Positions 57,111-64,000 of a DNA stretch of 64,000 bases are shown piece after piece. Origin of the DNA: Candidatus Aenigmatarchaeota archaeon (GTDB taxonomy: Archaea; Aenigmatarchaeota; Aenigmatarchaeia; CG10238-14; SpSt-28). The stretch lies in NCBI GenBank assembly GCA_039000985.1, contig JAWBMD010000001.1, positions 1,877 to 65,876 on the forward strand, given 5' to 3'. The notes beneath the pieces were generated by a model that saw only the letters and a program-made list of their open reading frames with translations, did not search any database and had not been told where the DNA came from. The translations under genes and the position numbers were made by a program. Each line of letters begins with the position of its first letter. Positions within the stretch are counted from its first letter, which is position 1.

Positions 57111-57137
57111 AAATTAATTTTTTATAAGTTTAGATAT

Positions 57138-57671
57138 ATGGAAAGAACACTTGTTTTAATAAAACCAGATGCTATTGAAAGAAAATTAGCTGGTGAAATA
57201 ATAAAAAGATTTGAGCAAGATTTTGAAATATTAGCTATGAAAATTGTTAAAGTTAGTAGAGAGCTTGCAGAAAAGCATTATAGAGCTACTGAAGAGCAAT
57301 TAATTGGCATGGGTAAAAAAACATTGGAATCATCTAGCTTAGAAGATATTATGAAAATATTCAGAACAAAAGATCCTTTGGAGATAGGTAAAAAATTAAG
57401 AGAGTGGCTCATAGAATTTTTGAGCAATAAAAAAGTTATCGCAATTGTTCTTGCTGGAGAAAAAGCTGTTGAAAGAGTTAGAAAGATGGTTGGTCATACA
57501 AATCCAGCAAAAGCAGAAAAAGGAACAATAAGAGGAGATTTTGGTCAAGATTCTATAGAAAAAGCTAATTTGGAGAAAAGATGTGTTAGGAATCTTGTTC
57601 ATGCTTCAGGCTCTCTTAGTGAGGCCGAGTATGAAATTAAAGTTTGGTTTAAAGATGAGGAAATTATATAA
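57138..57671 (+). CDS. ndk: Nucleoside diphosphate kinase
   Basis: ERTLVLIKPDA...; NxxHASD-type active site (NLVHASGS). Confidence 0.85.
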   Translation: MERTLVLIKPDAIERKLAGEIIKRFEQDFEILAMKIVKVSRELAEKHYRATEEQLIGMGKKTLESSSLEDIMKIFRTKDPLEIGKKLREWLIEFLSNKKVIAIVLAGEKAVERVRKMVGHTNPAKAEKGTIRGDFGQDSIEKANLEKRCVRNLVHASGSLSEAEYEIKVWFKDEEII

Positions 57672-57921
57672 AGTTTTATTTTATGGAAAAGTACAGGGAG
57701 TAGGTTTTAGAGCAACTTGTGCTAGATTAGCAAACAGACTTAACATTTTTGGTTATGTTAAAAACTTAGAAGATGGCTCTGTAGAAGCTGTTTTCGATTG
57801 CGATAAAAATTCTATGCTTGAAATAATCGAGAAGCTTAAAGATATTTTTGATATAGAAAATATTACAATAGAAGAAATGGATAGTAATAAAAAATTTTCT
57901 AGGTTTGAAATAATATTATGA
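57655..57921 (+). CDS. acyP: Acylphosphatase
   Basis: YGKVQGVGFR signature. Start placed at the internal ATG 57655, because the ORF-track start at 57583 has no acylphosphatase-like N-terminus. Overlaps the ndk 3' end. Confidence 0.75.
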   Translation: MRKLYKVLFYGKVQGVGFRATCARLANRLNIFGYVKNLEDGSVEAVFDCDKNSMLEIIEKLKDIFDIENITIEEMDSNKKFSRFEIIL

Positions 57922-58349
57922 AATTAATTAAAAAAAATGTGGCAATTTATGTCGATGGTCCAAATTTTCTAAGAAAAGAATATAATGTAGATTTATCAGA
58001 AATAAAAAAAATAGGCAAAAAATATGGAAGAATAGTAATAGCTAGAGTTTTTGTTAATCAATTTGCTCCGCAAAAATTGATTGAAGCTATAGTAAATGAA
58101 GGGTTTGAATGTTTAACATTTTTATCTGAAAGAGAAGAGGCTGATATAGATGTACCTTTAGCTGTTGATGCATTAGAAGTGGCTTTAACTAAAAATATTG
58201 ATGTTTTTGTTTTTTGTACTAGAGATACGGATTTTTTCTCTTTGATAAAAAAAATTAAAGGTTATGGAAAAACTGTAGTTATAGTTGGTTTAGAAAACGA
58301 TATTCCAGCATCTTTAAAAAATTCTGCAGATTTCTTAGAATTTTTATGA
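57918..58349 (+). CDS. NYN-domain (LabA-like, PIN-fold) protein
   Basis: VAIYVDGPNF...; acidic residues D...D...TRDTDF typical of the NYN fold. Confidence 0.5.
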   Translation: MKLIKKNVAIYVDGPNFLRKEYNVDLSEIKKIGKKYGRIVIARVFVNQFAPQKLIEAIVNEGFECLTFLSEREEADIDVPLAVDALEVALTKNIDVFVFCTRDTDFFSLIKKIKGYGKTVVIVGLENDIPASLKNSADFLEFL

Positions 58350-60352
58350 AGAAAAGAGTTTTAGTTCTTTGTGCTTTACCATATACGAACAACATTCCAC
58401 ATATAGGAAATATTGTTGGTTCTCATTTACCAGCGGATATATTTGCTAGATTTTGTAGAATGAAAGGTTATGAAGTTTTATTTGTTGGAGGAGCAGATGA
58501 AAATGGTAGTACTTCAGAAATTGCAGCTAGAGAAATTAATTTAGATGTTAAAAAATTTTTAGATGTTTTGTACTCGCTACACAAAAAAATTTATGATTGG
58601 TTTAACATTTCTTATGATATATTTTCAAGAACAAGCAAAGATATTCATCATGATGTTGTAAAAAAATTTTTCTTGAAAATAAAAGAAAATGGTTTTATTA
58701 GTGAGGGGGAAATGATATTACCATTTTGCGATAATTGTGGAATTTTTCTTACAGATAGATATGTTTATGGCACATGCCCAAATTGTAAATATGAAAATGC
58801 TAGAGGTGATCAGTGTGAAAATTGTGGCAAAATTTTAGATCCAACAGATTTAATAAATCCAAAATGTAAATTATGTGGCAATAAGCCTATATTTAAAAAA
58901 GAAAAGCACTTATTTTTAGATTTAGATAAGCTTGAAAGTAAAGTTAAAGAATGGATAGAAAGTAAAAAAGGAATATGGAGAGAACATGTCATTTCTTATT
59001 CCTTAGGTTGGTTAAAAGATGGATTAAGAAAAAGATGTATAACGAGAGATTTAAAATTGGGTGTAAAAGTTCCTTTAGAAGGATATGAAAACAAAGTTTT
59101 TTATGTTTGGTTTGATGCTCCAATAGGTTATATTTCTTTTACATTAGAAGCTGCTAAAGAAAATTTTGAAAAGTTTTGGAAAGATAAAGATTGTTTAATA
59201 TATAATTTTTTAGGTAAGGATAACATCCCATTTCATACTATATTTTGGCCAGCAATGTTAATGGCAAATGGAGAATACAATTTACCTTATAATGTTGTTG
59301 GTTTAAATTATTGCAATTACGAGGGTTCAAAAATATCTAAAAGCAAAAAATGGGGAATATTTTGTGAAAAAATGATTGAAGAAAATGTTGATGTTGATAT
59401 TTGGAGATATTATTTAATTCATTTAATTCCAGAAAATAGTGATACTGAATTCAAATGGAAAGAGTTCCAAGATAAAGTAAATGGGGAATTAATTGGTAAT
59501 TTAGCAAATTTTGTTTATAGAGTTTTGAGTTTTTTGAAAAGCCATTTTAATGGAAAAATAGATAATTTCAAACTTGGTGATAAAGAAAAGTTTATAATTG
59601 CACAAATTGATTATTTACTTAAAACAATAAATGAAAACTTGGAAGAAGTTAATATAAGAGAAGCTTTTAGGAATGTATTTAAAATTGCTGAAATTGGAAA
59701 TAAATATTTTCAGGAAAATGAACCATGGAATTTATTAAAAACAAATAAAACTAAATGCAAAAGAGTTGTTTTCTTTTCTGCCAACATAGTAAGGATATTA
59801 GCTATTGCTTTATATCCATTTCTTCCAAGAACAGCTGAAAGAATATTTGAGCAATTAAACTTAGAAAAAAATTTTGCTTTTGAAGAAAGATTTGAAGTAA
59901 AGCTTTTTCAGCATACAATAAATGAGCCAAAGATTCTTTTTGAAAAGCTTGATGATAAGAAAATTGAAAAATTGAAAAAATCTTTAACAGAGCCATCTAA
60001 TTTAAAAACTTTTTTTGAAGATGAAAAAAGAATAAGCTTAGATGATTTTTTAAAAGTTAAAATGAGAGTTGGTAAAATTATAAAAGCAGAAAAAGTACCA
60101 AATTCAAAAAAACTTTTAAATCTTTTAGTTGATTTTGGTACTGAAAAAAGGCAAGTTATTAGTGGTATAGGGGAATATTATAAGCCAGAAGAGCTAATAG
60201 ATAAAAAATTTGTTTTCGTTGTTAATTTGGAAAAGAAAAAAATAATGAGTTTAGAAAGTGAGGCAATGATTCTTGCAGCTATTGGTAAAACTGGGAAAAT
60301 TTCTTTAGTTACTGTTGATAAAGATATAGAAGAAGGTTCAGAGATCTATTGA
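58346..60352 (+). CDS. metS: Methionyl-tRNA synthetase with C-terminal tRNA-binding (EMAP/Trbp111-like) domain
   Basis: HIGN-type HIGH motif, KISKS, zinc knuckles CPNC...CENCG, C-terminal KVKMRVGKIIKAEKVPNSKKL. Confidence 0.9.
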   Translation: MKKRVLVLCALPYTNNIPHIGNIVGSHLPADIFARFCRMKGYEVLFVGGADENGSTSEIAAREINLDVKKFLDVLYSLHKKIYDWFNISYDIFSRTSKDIHHDVVKKFFLKIKENGFISEGEMILPFCDNCGIFLTDRYVYGTCPNCKYENARGDQCENCGKILDPTDLINPKCKLCGNKPIFKKEKHLFLDLDKLESKVKEWIESKKGIWREHVISYSLGWLKDGLRKRCITRDLKLGVKVPLEGYENKVFYVWFDAPIGYISFTLEAAKENFEKFWKDKDCLIYNFLGKDNIPFHTIFWPAMLMANGEYNLPYNVVGLNYCNYEGSKISKSKKWGIFCEKMIEENVDVDIWRYYLIHLIPENSDTEFKWKEFQDKVNGELIGNLANFVYRVLSFLKSHFNGKIDNFKLGDKEKFIIAQIDYLLKTINENLEEVNIREAFRNVFKIAEIGNKYFQENEPWNLLKTNKTKCKRVVFFSANIVRILAIALYPFLPRTAERIFEQLNLEKNFAFEERFEVKLFQHTINEPKILFEKLDDKKIEKLKKSLTEPSNLKTFFEDEKRISLDDFLKVKMRVGKIIKAEKVPNSKKLLNLLVDFGTEKRQVISGIGEYYKPEELIDKKFVFVVNLEKKKIMSLESEAMILAAIGKTGKISLVTVDKDIEEGSEIY

Positions 60353-60757
60353 TTCTATAAATTTAATTGCTTTTTCCAAAACTTTCTTACTATTTTCAAA
60401 TTTTAATAATTTCATTGCTTCTTCATATGTTACCCAGGCATATCCTTTATGTTCAAAGGAAAGTTTTACATCTTTTTCTTCGCTTTCTGCTAAAAAATAT
60501 GAAACAGTTTTTTTGATAGTTTCTTTATTTTTTCTATAAAACCATGTAATAGTTTCTTTAAAAAGTGGATATACCTTTATTTTTTCAATTCCAGTTTCTT
60601 CAGCTAGTTCTCTTTTGGCAGCTAAAAGTTCTGTTTCCCCCTTTTCTATATTACCTCTTGGAAAATCGAAATAATTTTCATATTGGAGAATTAAAAATTT
60701 TGGTTTATTATTTTCTGTTATAAAAAGAATAAAGCCGGCGCTTTTTTCTTCTTTCAC
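60338..60757 (-). CDS. NUDIX hydrolase
   Basis: Nudix box GNIEKGETELLAAKRELAEETGI. Confidence 0.75.
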   Translation of the reverse strand: MKEEKSAGFILFITENNKPKFLILQYENYFDFPRGNIEKGETELLAAKRELAEETGIEKIKVYPLFKETITWFYRKNKETIKKTVSYFLAESEEKDVKLSFEHKGYAWVTYEEAMKLLKFENSKKVLEKAIKFIESIDL

Positions 60758-61203
60758 AACATTCTTTTAATCAATTTATTAATTTCTATACCTCTATAAC
60801 CCAAATCACCTTTTGGATAAGCTTCTTTTATGCTTTTATATCCTCCTTTTGGAGGTTTTAATGGGAAAACTTTTTTAAATTCTTTTAAATTAGCTTCTTT
60901 TTTTAATAAAGCTTCAGAGAATTTTTCAAAATTTTCATAGCCAGTAATTTCTTTTAATAATTTTTCATCAACAACTTTATTATCTTTTGTTCTAAGTCTT
61001 TTTGATAAAAGTTCTATTAATGTTTCTTTATCTATTTCACCATATGTTACAAAATCTTTAACAACATTTAACATTCCTAAAAAGCTTGTAGAATTATCTA
61101 CTAAAGTGCAACTATTTACTTTTTCAAGCTTTAATAATTTTAATGTATCTCGAATTTTTCTGCTAGCACCTATGCTGCTTCTTACCTTAATTACTGCTAG
61201 CAT
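60754..61203 (-). CDS. rpl30p: 50S ribosomal protein uL30 (L30P)
   Basis: VIKVRSSIGASRKIRDTLKLLKLEKVNSCTLV matches the archaeal L30 N-terminus. Confidence 0.65.
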   Translation of the reverse strand: MLAVIKVRSSIGASRKIRDTLKLLKLEKVNSCTLVDNSTSFLGMLNVVKDFVTYGEIDKETLIELLSKRLRTKDNKVVDEKLLKEITGYENFEKFSEALLKKEANLKEFKKVFPLKPPKGGYKSIKEAYPKGDLGYRGIEINKLIKRML

Positions 61204-62173
61204 TTACTATATAGTTTTTAAATGTATTTTCATCTCTAGCTAATAAAACAACTCTGCTAGCATTATCAGTAAGCTTTATTTCATAGTTGCTATAAAAAGA
61301 AATTTGCTTTCCAAATTCTATTAATTCTTCTAATGTAGGCATATTAGTATTTTTCAATCTTTTTCTTGATTCTCCAAGCCAGGCATATCCTTTTAGCTCT
61401 ACAAACATTGGTTTAGACATTTTTATTAAATTCGAGAATCCTTTTGAGTTATGCATATTTAAATCTTTTACACATGTTATTCTAAATATAGTTCTACAAT
61501 TTCTTTTTTCAAATTCTTTCATTAAATTTAAACTTTCTATTACTTTATCTAAAGGATTTTTTATAAATGAGTTTGTTATTTTAATATATTCTTCATTGTT
61601 TGTTGCATAAACACTAATATATAAATTGGTTGGTATAGCATCTTTTTCTAACAATTCTTTTAATCTATTTGGCATAGTTCCGTTCGTTACTAAAAATGCT
61701 GTACAATTTCTCCTTTTTATTTCTTTTATTAGTTCAGCTAAATGAGGATACAAAGTTGGTTCTCCATCCAGGCTTATTGCAAAATGTACAGGATTATTTG
61801 CTTCTTCAAAAGTTTTTTTAGAAGTTTTTGGATTACCACCAAATCCACTAATTAATTCTCTTTGAGCTTTTATTGCTTGCTCAACTATCAATTTAGCGTC
61901 ATCCCATTTATTTTCGTGTTTAAATCTTTCTTCACTAAAACTTCTCCAGCAGAAACCACAACTAAAATTGCAAAAATCTAATGTCGGGGTCATTTGTATA
62001 CATCTATGGGAAGCTATTCCATACCATTTTTTATAACAATTTCTTCCACCTCTTAATGCAGATTTTGTCCATCTACAAATAGAAACAGCGGAATGTAAAT
62101 AATTTCCTATTAGTTTATAATGTGCCCTTTTATATTTGCTAATCCACTCTTCGCTAAATTTTTTTGTTCCCAT
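61187..62173 (-). CDS. taw1: tRNA 4-demethylwyosine synthase TYW1/Taw1 (radical SAM)
   Basis: HSAVSICRWTKSALRGGRNCYKKWYGIASHRCIQMTP and CNFSCGFCWR match TYW1 signatures. Confidence 0.75.
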   Translation of the reverse strand: MGTKKFSEEWISKYKRAHYKLIGNYLHSAVSICRWTKSALRGGRNCYKKWYGIASHRCIQMTPTLDFCNFSCGFCWRSFSEERFKHENKWDDAKLIVEQAIKAQRELISGFGGNPKTSKKTFEEANNPVHFAISLDGEPTLYPHLAELIKEIKRRNCTAFLVTNGTMPNRLKELLEKDAIPTNLYISVYATNNEEYIKITNSFIKNPLDKVIESLNLMKEFEKRNCRTIFRITCVKDLNMHNSKGFSNLIKMSKPMFVELKGYAWLGESRKRLKNTNMPTLEELIEFGKQISFYSNYEIKLTDNASRVVLLARDENTFKNYIVNASSN

Positions 62174-62202
62174 ATTAAAATATTAATATTAATAAATTAT
62201 TT

Positions 62203-62631
62203 GTGGTTTTCATAAGGGATGTAATGAATAGAGTAGTATTCACATGTGAACCAAATTTAACTGTCGAAAGAGCAGCATCTATAATGGTTGAAAAGGGGAT
62301 AGGTAGTTTAATTGTTGTTGAAAATAATAAATTGATTGGTGTAGTAACAAATAGGGATATAATGAAGGCAGTTGCTAGAGGAGAGGATTTATCAAGATTG
62401 GAGGTAAAAAATATAATGACAAAAAAAGTTATAACTATTTCCCCTTCAAATACTTTAGAAGAGGCTGTTGATTTAATGTTGAAATTTAAAATAAAAAGAT
62501 TGCCAGTAATAGATGGAGATAAGTTAGTGGGTATTGTTACAGTTTCTGATATTATAGTAATAGAGCCAAAAATAATTCAAAGCTTAGCTAGCTTACTATC
62601 AATTAAAATTTCAGGCTATAAAGCTGCTTGA
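62203..62631 (+). CDS. CBS-domain pair protein
   Basis: Two CBS motifs (GIGSLIVV...; RLPVIDGDKLVGIVT). Confidence 0.75.
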   Translation: MVFIRDVMNRVVFTCEPNLTVERAASIMVEKGIGSLIVVENNKLIGVVTNRDIMKAVARGEDLSRLEVKNIMTKKVITISPSNTLEEAVDLMLKFKIKRLPVIDGDKLVGIVTVSDIIVIEPKIIQSLASLLSIKISGYKAA

Positions 62632-63059
62632 GATTTTTCAATAACTCTAACTAACTCAAAGCTAAGAGTTAAAGGTAAAATTGTTGGTACTTCTAGCAAG
62701 CTTATTACAACTTCTCTTTTTACTGGATCTATTTTTGTTACTTTTCCTTTCTCTCCTTTAAATGGTCCACCTATTATTTCAACTATATCTCCAACATTAA
62801 TTTCTACTTTTTCTTTTTTCACTTCCATGTATTTTTCCAAATCATTTATAGTTATGCTTTGTACAACACCTCTAGCTGGAGGAATTTCTTTTAGTATATC
62901 TAGTAATTGATCTAAATTTCCCTCTACAAAAACATATCCTTTTACTTCTCTAGTAAAGAAAATAGATTTTATATCAAGGTTTCTAGATATTGCCATATTT
63001 TTTATATATTCTGAAACAACAAGCTCTCTTCCAATTGCAACTTTTAAAACGTGAAACAT
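62616..63059 (-). CDS. spt5: Transcription elongation factor Spt5 (NusG homolog)
   Basis: NGN domain plus KOW motif VGDIVEIIGGPFKGEKGKVTKID. Confidence 0.8.
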   Translation of the reverse strand: MFHVLKVAIGRELVVSEYIKNMAISRNLDIKSIFFTREVKGYVFVEGNLDQLLDILKEIPPARGVVQSITINDLEKYMEVKKEKVEINVGDIVEIIGGPFKGEKGKVTKIDPVKREVVISLLEVPTILPLTLSFELVRVIEKSQAAL

Positions 63060-63461
63060 TTATTTACAACTTGTTTCTTTTTTTAATTGAGGGCATACTT
63101 TGCTAGAAATTGTTAATTTTGAAAAATTATCAACATCAGTATCAATTGTAAAACTTTTCTTTTCTCCAGGTTGTATATCACCTAGATTTTGTACAGAGCC
63201 AGTATAAGTAGCATTTTCTAGTTGTGCTGTTAAATTTGTTAAAGGATTATTCAAATAGTTAAATAGTTTTAAAGAAATTTTATTTCCAATTACTCGACAA
63301 TCATCTATGCTAACATCTATTCCTTCACAAACATTTTTTTCTGTTGTTGGTAATTTTGCTTTAAAAAATCCTATGGCCCAAATAGCTAACAATGCTGAAG
63401 TTGCCATTGTTACACCTATTAACAAAACTGTTGCAACTAATGGAGATATTGCTTTTACCAT
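63060..63461 (-). CDS. Archaeal type IV pilin-like protein (class III signal peptide)
   Basis: MVKAISPLVATVLLIGVTMATSALLAIWAIGFF matches the Pilin_N consensus. Confidence 0.55.
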   Translation of the reverse strand: MVKAISPLVATVLLIGVTMATSALLAIWAIGFFKAKLPTTEKNVCEGIDVSIDDCRVIGNKISLKLFNYLNNPLTNLTAQLENATYTGSVQNLGDIQPGEKKSFTIDTDVDNFSKLTISSKVCPQLKKETSCK

Positions 63462-63470
63462 AATAATATT

Positions 63471-63713
63471 TTATCTTAAAGTTATAAGAATATAAGTAAC
63501 GTAAAGCATAATTAAAACAATACCAGCTATTATTAGCACTAGTATAAAAACTAAAATTTTGTTTGACGATAAATTACTACAAATTTGTAAAGAAGGATTT
63601 TCTTTGCATTTAGTTGACAATTCTCCAAGTTTATCAAATATAAATAGCCATGTAATAAAACTTATGAATATAATTATTAATCCAAGTAAAACTGGAATTT
63701 TTTTACTAACCAT
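63471..63713 (-). CDS. Small two-TM membrane protein, unknown
   Basis: Two hydrophobic helices. ORF only. Confidence 0.3.
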   Translation of the reverse strand: MVSKKIPVLLGLIIIFISFITWLFIFDKLGELSTKCKENPSLQICSNLSSNKILVFILVLIIAGIVLIMLYVTYILITLR

Positions 63714-63741
63714 AAATTTAATTAACAGATATTTATAAAAT

Positions 63742-64000
63742 ATGGTGAATCCAAGAAATAAACCAGAATTTAAAAGACATATGTATGAAGCTTATAAAAG
63801 AATAGGTGAAAGTTGGAGAAGACCAAGGGGCTTGCATAGTAAAGTTAGAATTGAAAAAAAGGGAAAAATTAGAAAGCCAAAAATAGGTTGGGGCGCACCT
63901 TCCGAATTAAGATATTTACATCCATCTGGCTATAAAGAAGTTTTGGTTAGAAATGTTAAAGATTTAGAAAAAGTTAATAAAGAAAAAGAAGCTATAAGAA
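63742..64000 (+). CDS. rpl32e: 50S ribosomal protein L32e (partial, runs off window end)
   Basis: NPRNKPEFKRHMYEAYKRIGESWRRPRGLHSKVR...GWGAPSELRYLHPSGY matches the L32e pattern. Start taken at ATG 63742. Confidence 0.7.
   Translation, partial: MVNPRNKPEFKRHMYEAYKRIGESWRRPRGLHSKVRIEKKGKIRKPKIGWGAPSELRYLHPSGYKEVLVRNVKDLEKVNKEKEAIR

Noticed and set aside
63471-63713. An 80-aa membrane ORF two genes upstream of spt5, considered as SecE/Sec61-gamma (the canonical secE-nusG neighbourhood).
   Set aside because: It has two hydrophobic helices and no SecE-like amphipathic N-terminus. A pilin-like gene also separates it from spt5.
1-64000. Looked for CRISPR arrays, rRNA genes, integrase, transposase and reverse-transcriptase genes, and for inteins in RNR and PolB.
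   Set aside because: No regularly spaced short direct repeats. No rRNA-like conserved stretches. No tyrosine or serine recombinase or DDE motifs recognised. RNR (1021 aa) and PolB (873 aa) are contiguous, without Hint or HNH insertions.

Overview
This is a very AT-rich archaeal chromosomal segment; base composition was judged by eye, not computed. It is densely packed, with frequent start/stop overlaps and leaderless-looking genes. Content is dominated by information processing. Recognisable genes: class II ribonucleotide reductase, family-B DNA polymerase, a fused PriS–PriL(CTD) primase, IleRS, MetRS, aIF2 alpha/beta/gamma, aIF1A, aIF5A with deoxyhypusine synthase, RpoD, a probable RpoF, Spt5, RNase P Rpp21, uL30, L32e, Pth2, Tmk, Adk, Ndk and archaeal SAM synthetase. 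Wyosine/tRNA-modification enzymes TYW1(Taw1), a Trm5/Taw2-family methyltransferase and TrmY are present. There are four tRNA genes: Arg-CCU, Gly-UCC, Gly-CCC and Thr-GGU. Very little metabolism is encoded. Several things together suggest a small-genome, surface-attached archaeon, possibly DPANN-like (inference only): the fused primase, dispersed ribosomal-protein genes, a decayed PP-loop ATPase pseudogene, many secreted or anchored sequon-rich surface proteins, and a type IV pilus locus (FlaI/TadA-like ATPase plus two TadC-like genes) with at least four dispersed class-III-signal pilin-like genes. The best candidate for an undescribed system is a tight five-gene co-directional operon at 46181–50387: pilin, membrane-anchored OB-fold protein, TctA/DUF112 membrane protein, Cys-rich HExxH zincin, and a Cys-repeat anchored protein. 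A second notable locus is a ~1-kb cassette at 5470–6489. It is bounded by a 58-bp imperfect direct repeat that duplicates the 3' end of a surface-protein gene, and is followed by an MNT/HEPN toxin–antitoxin pair and tRNA-Arg. That looks like an integration hotspot or remnant mobile element. No CRISPR array, rRNA gene, integrase, transposase or reverse transcriptase was recognisable.
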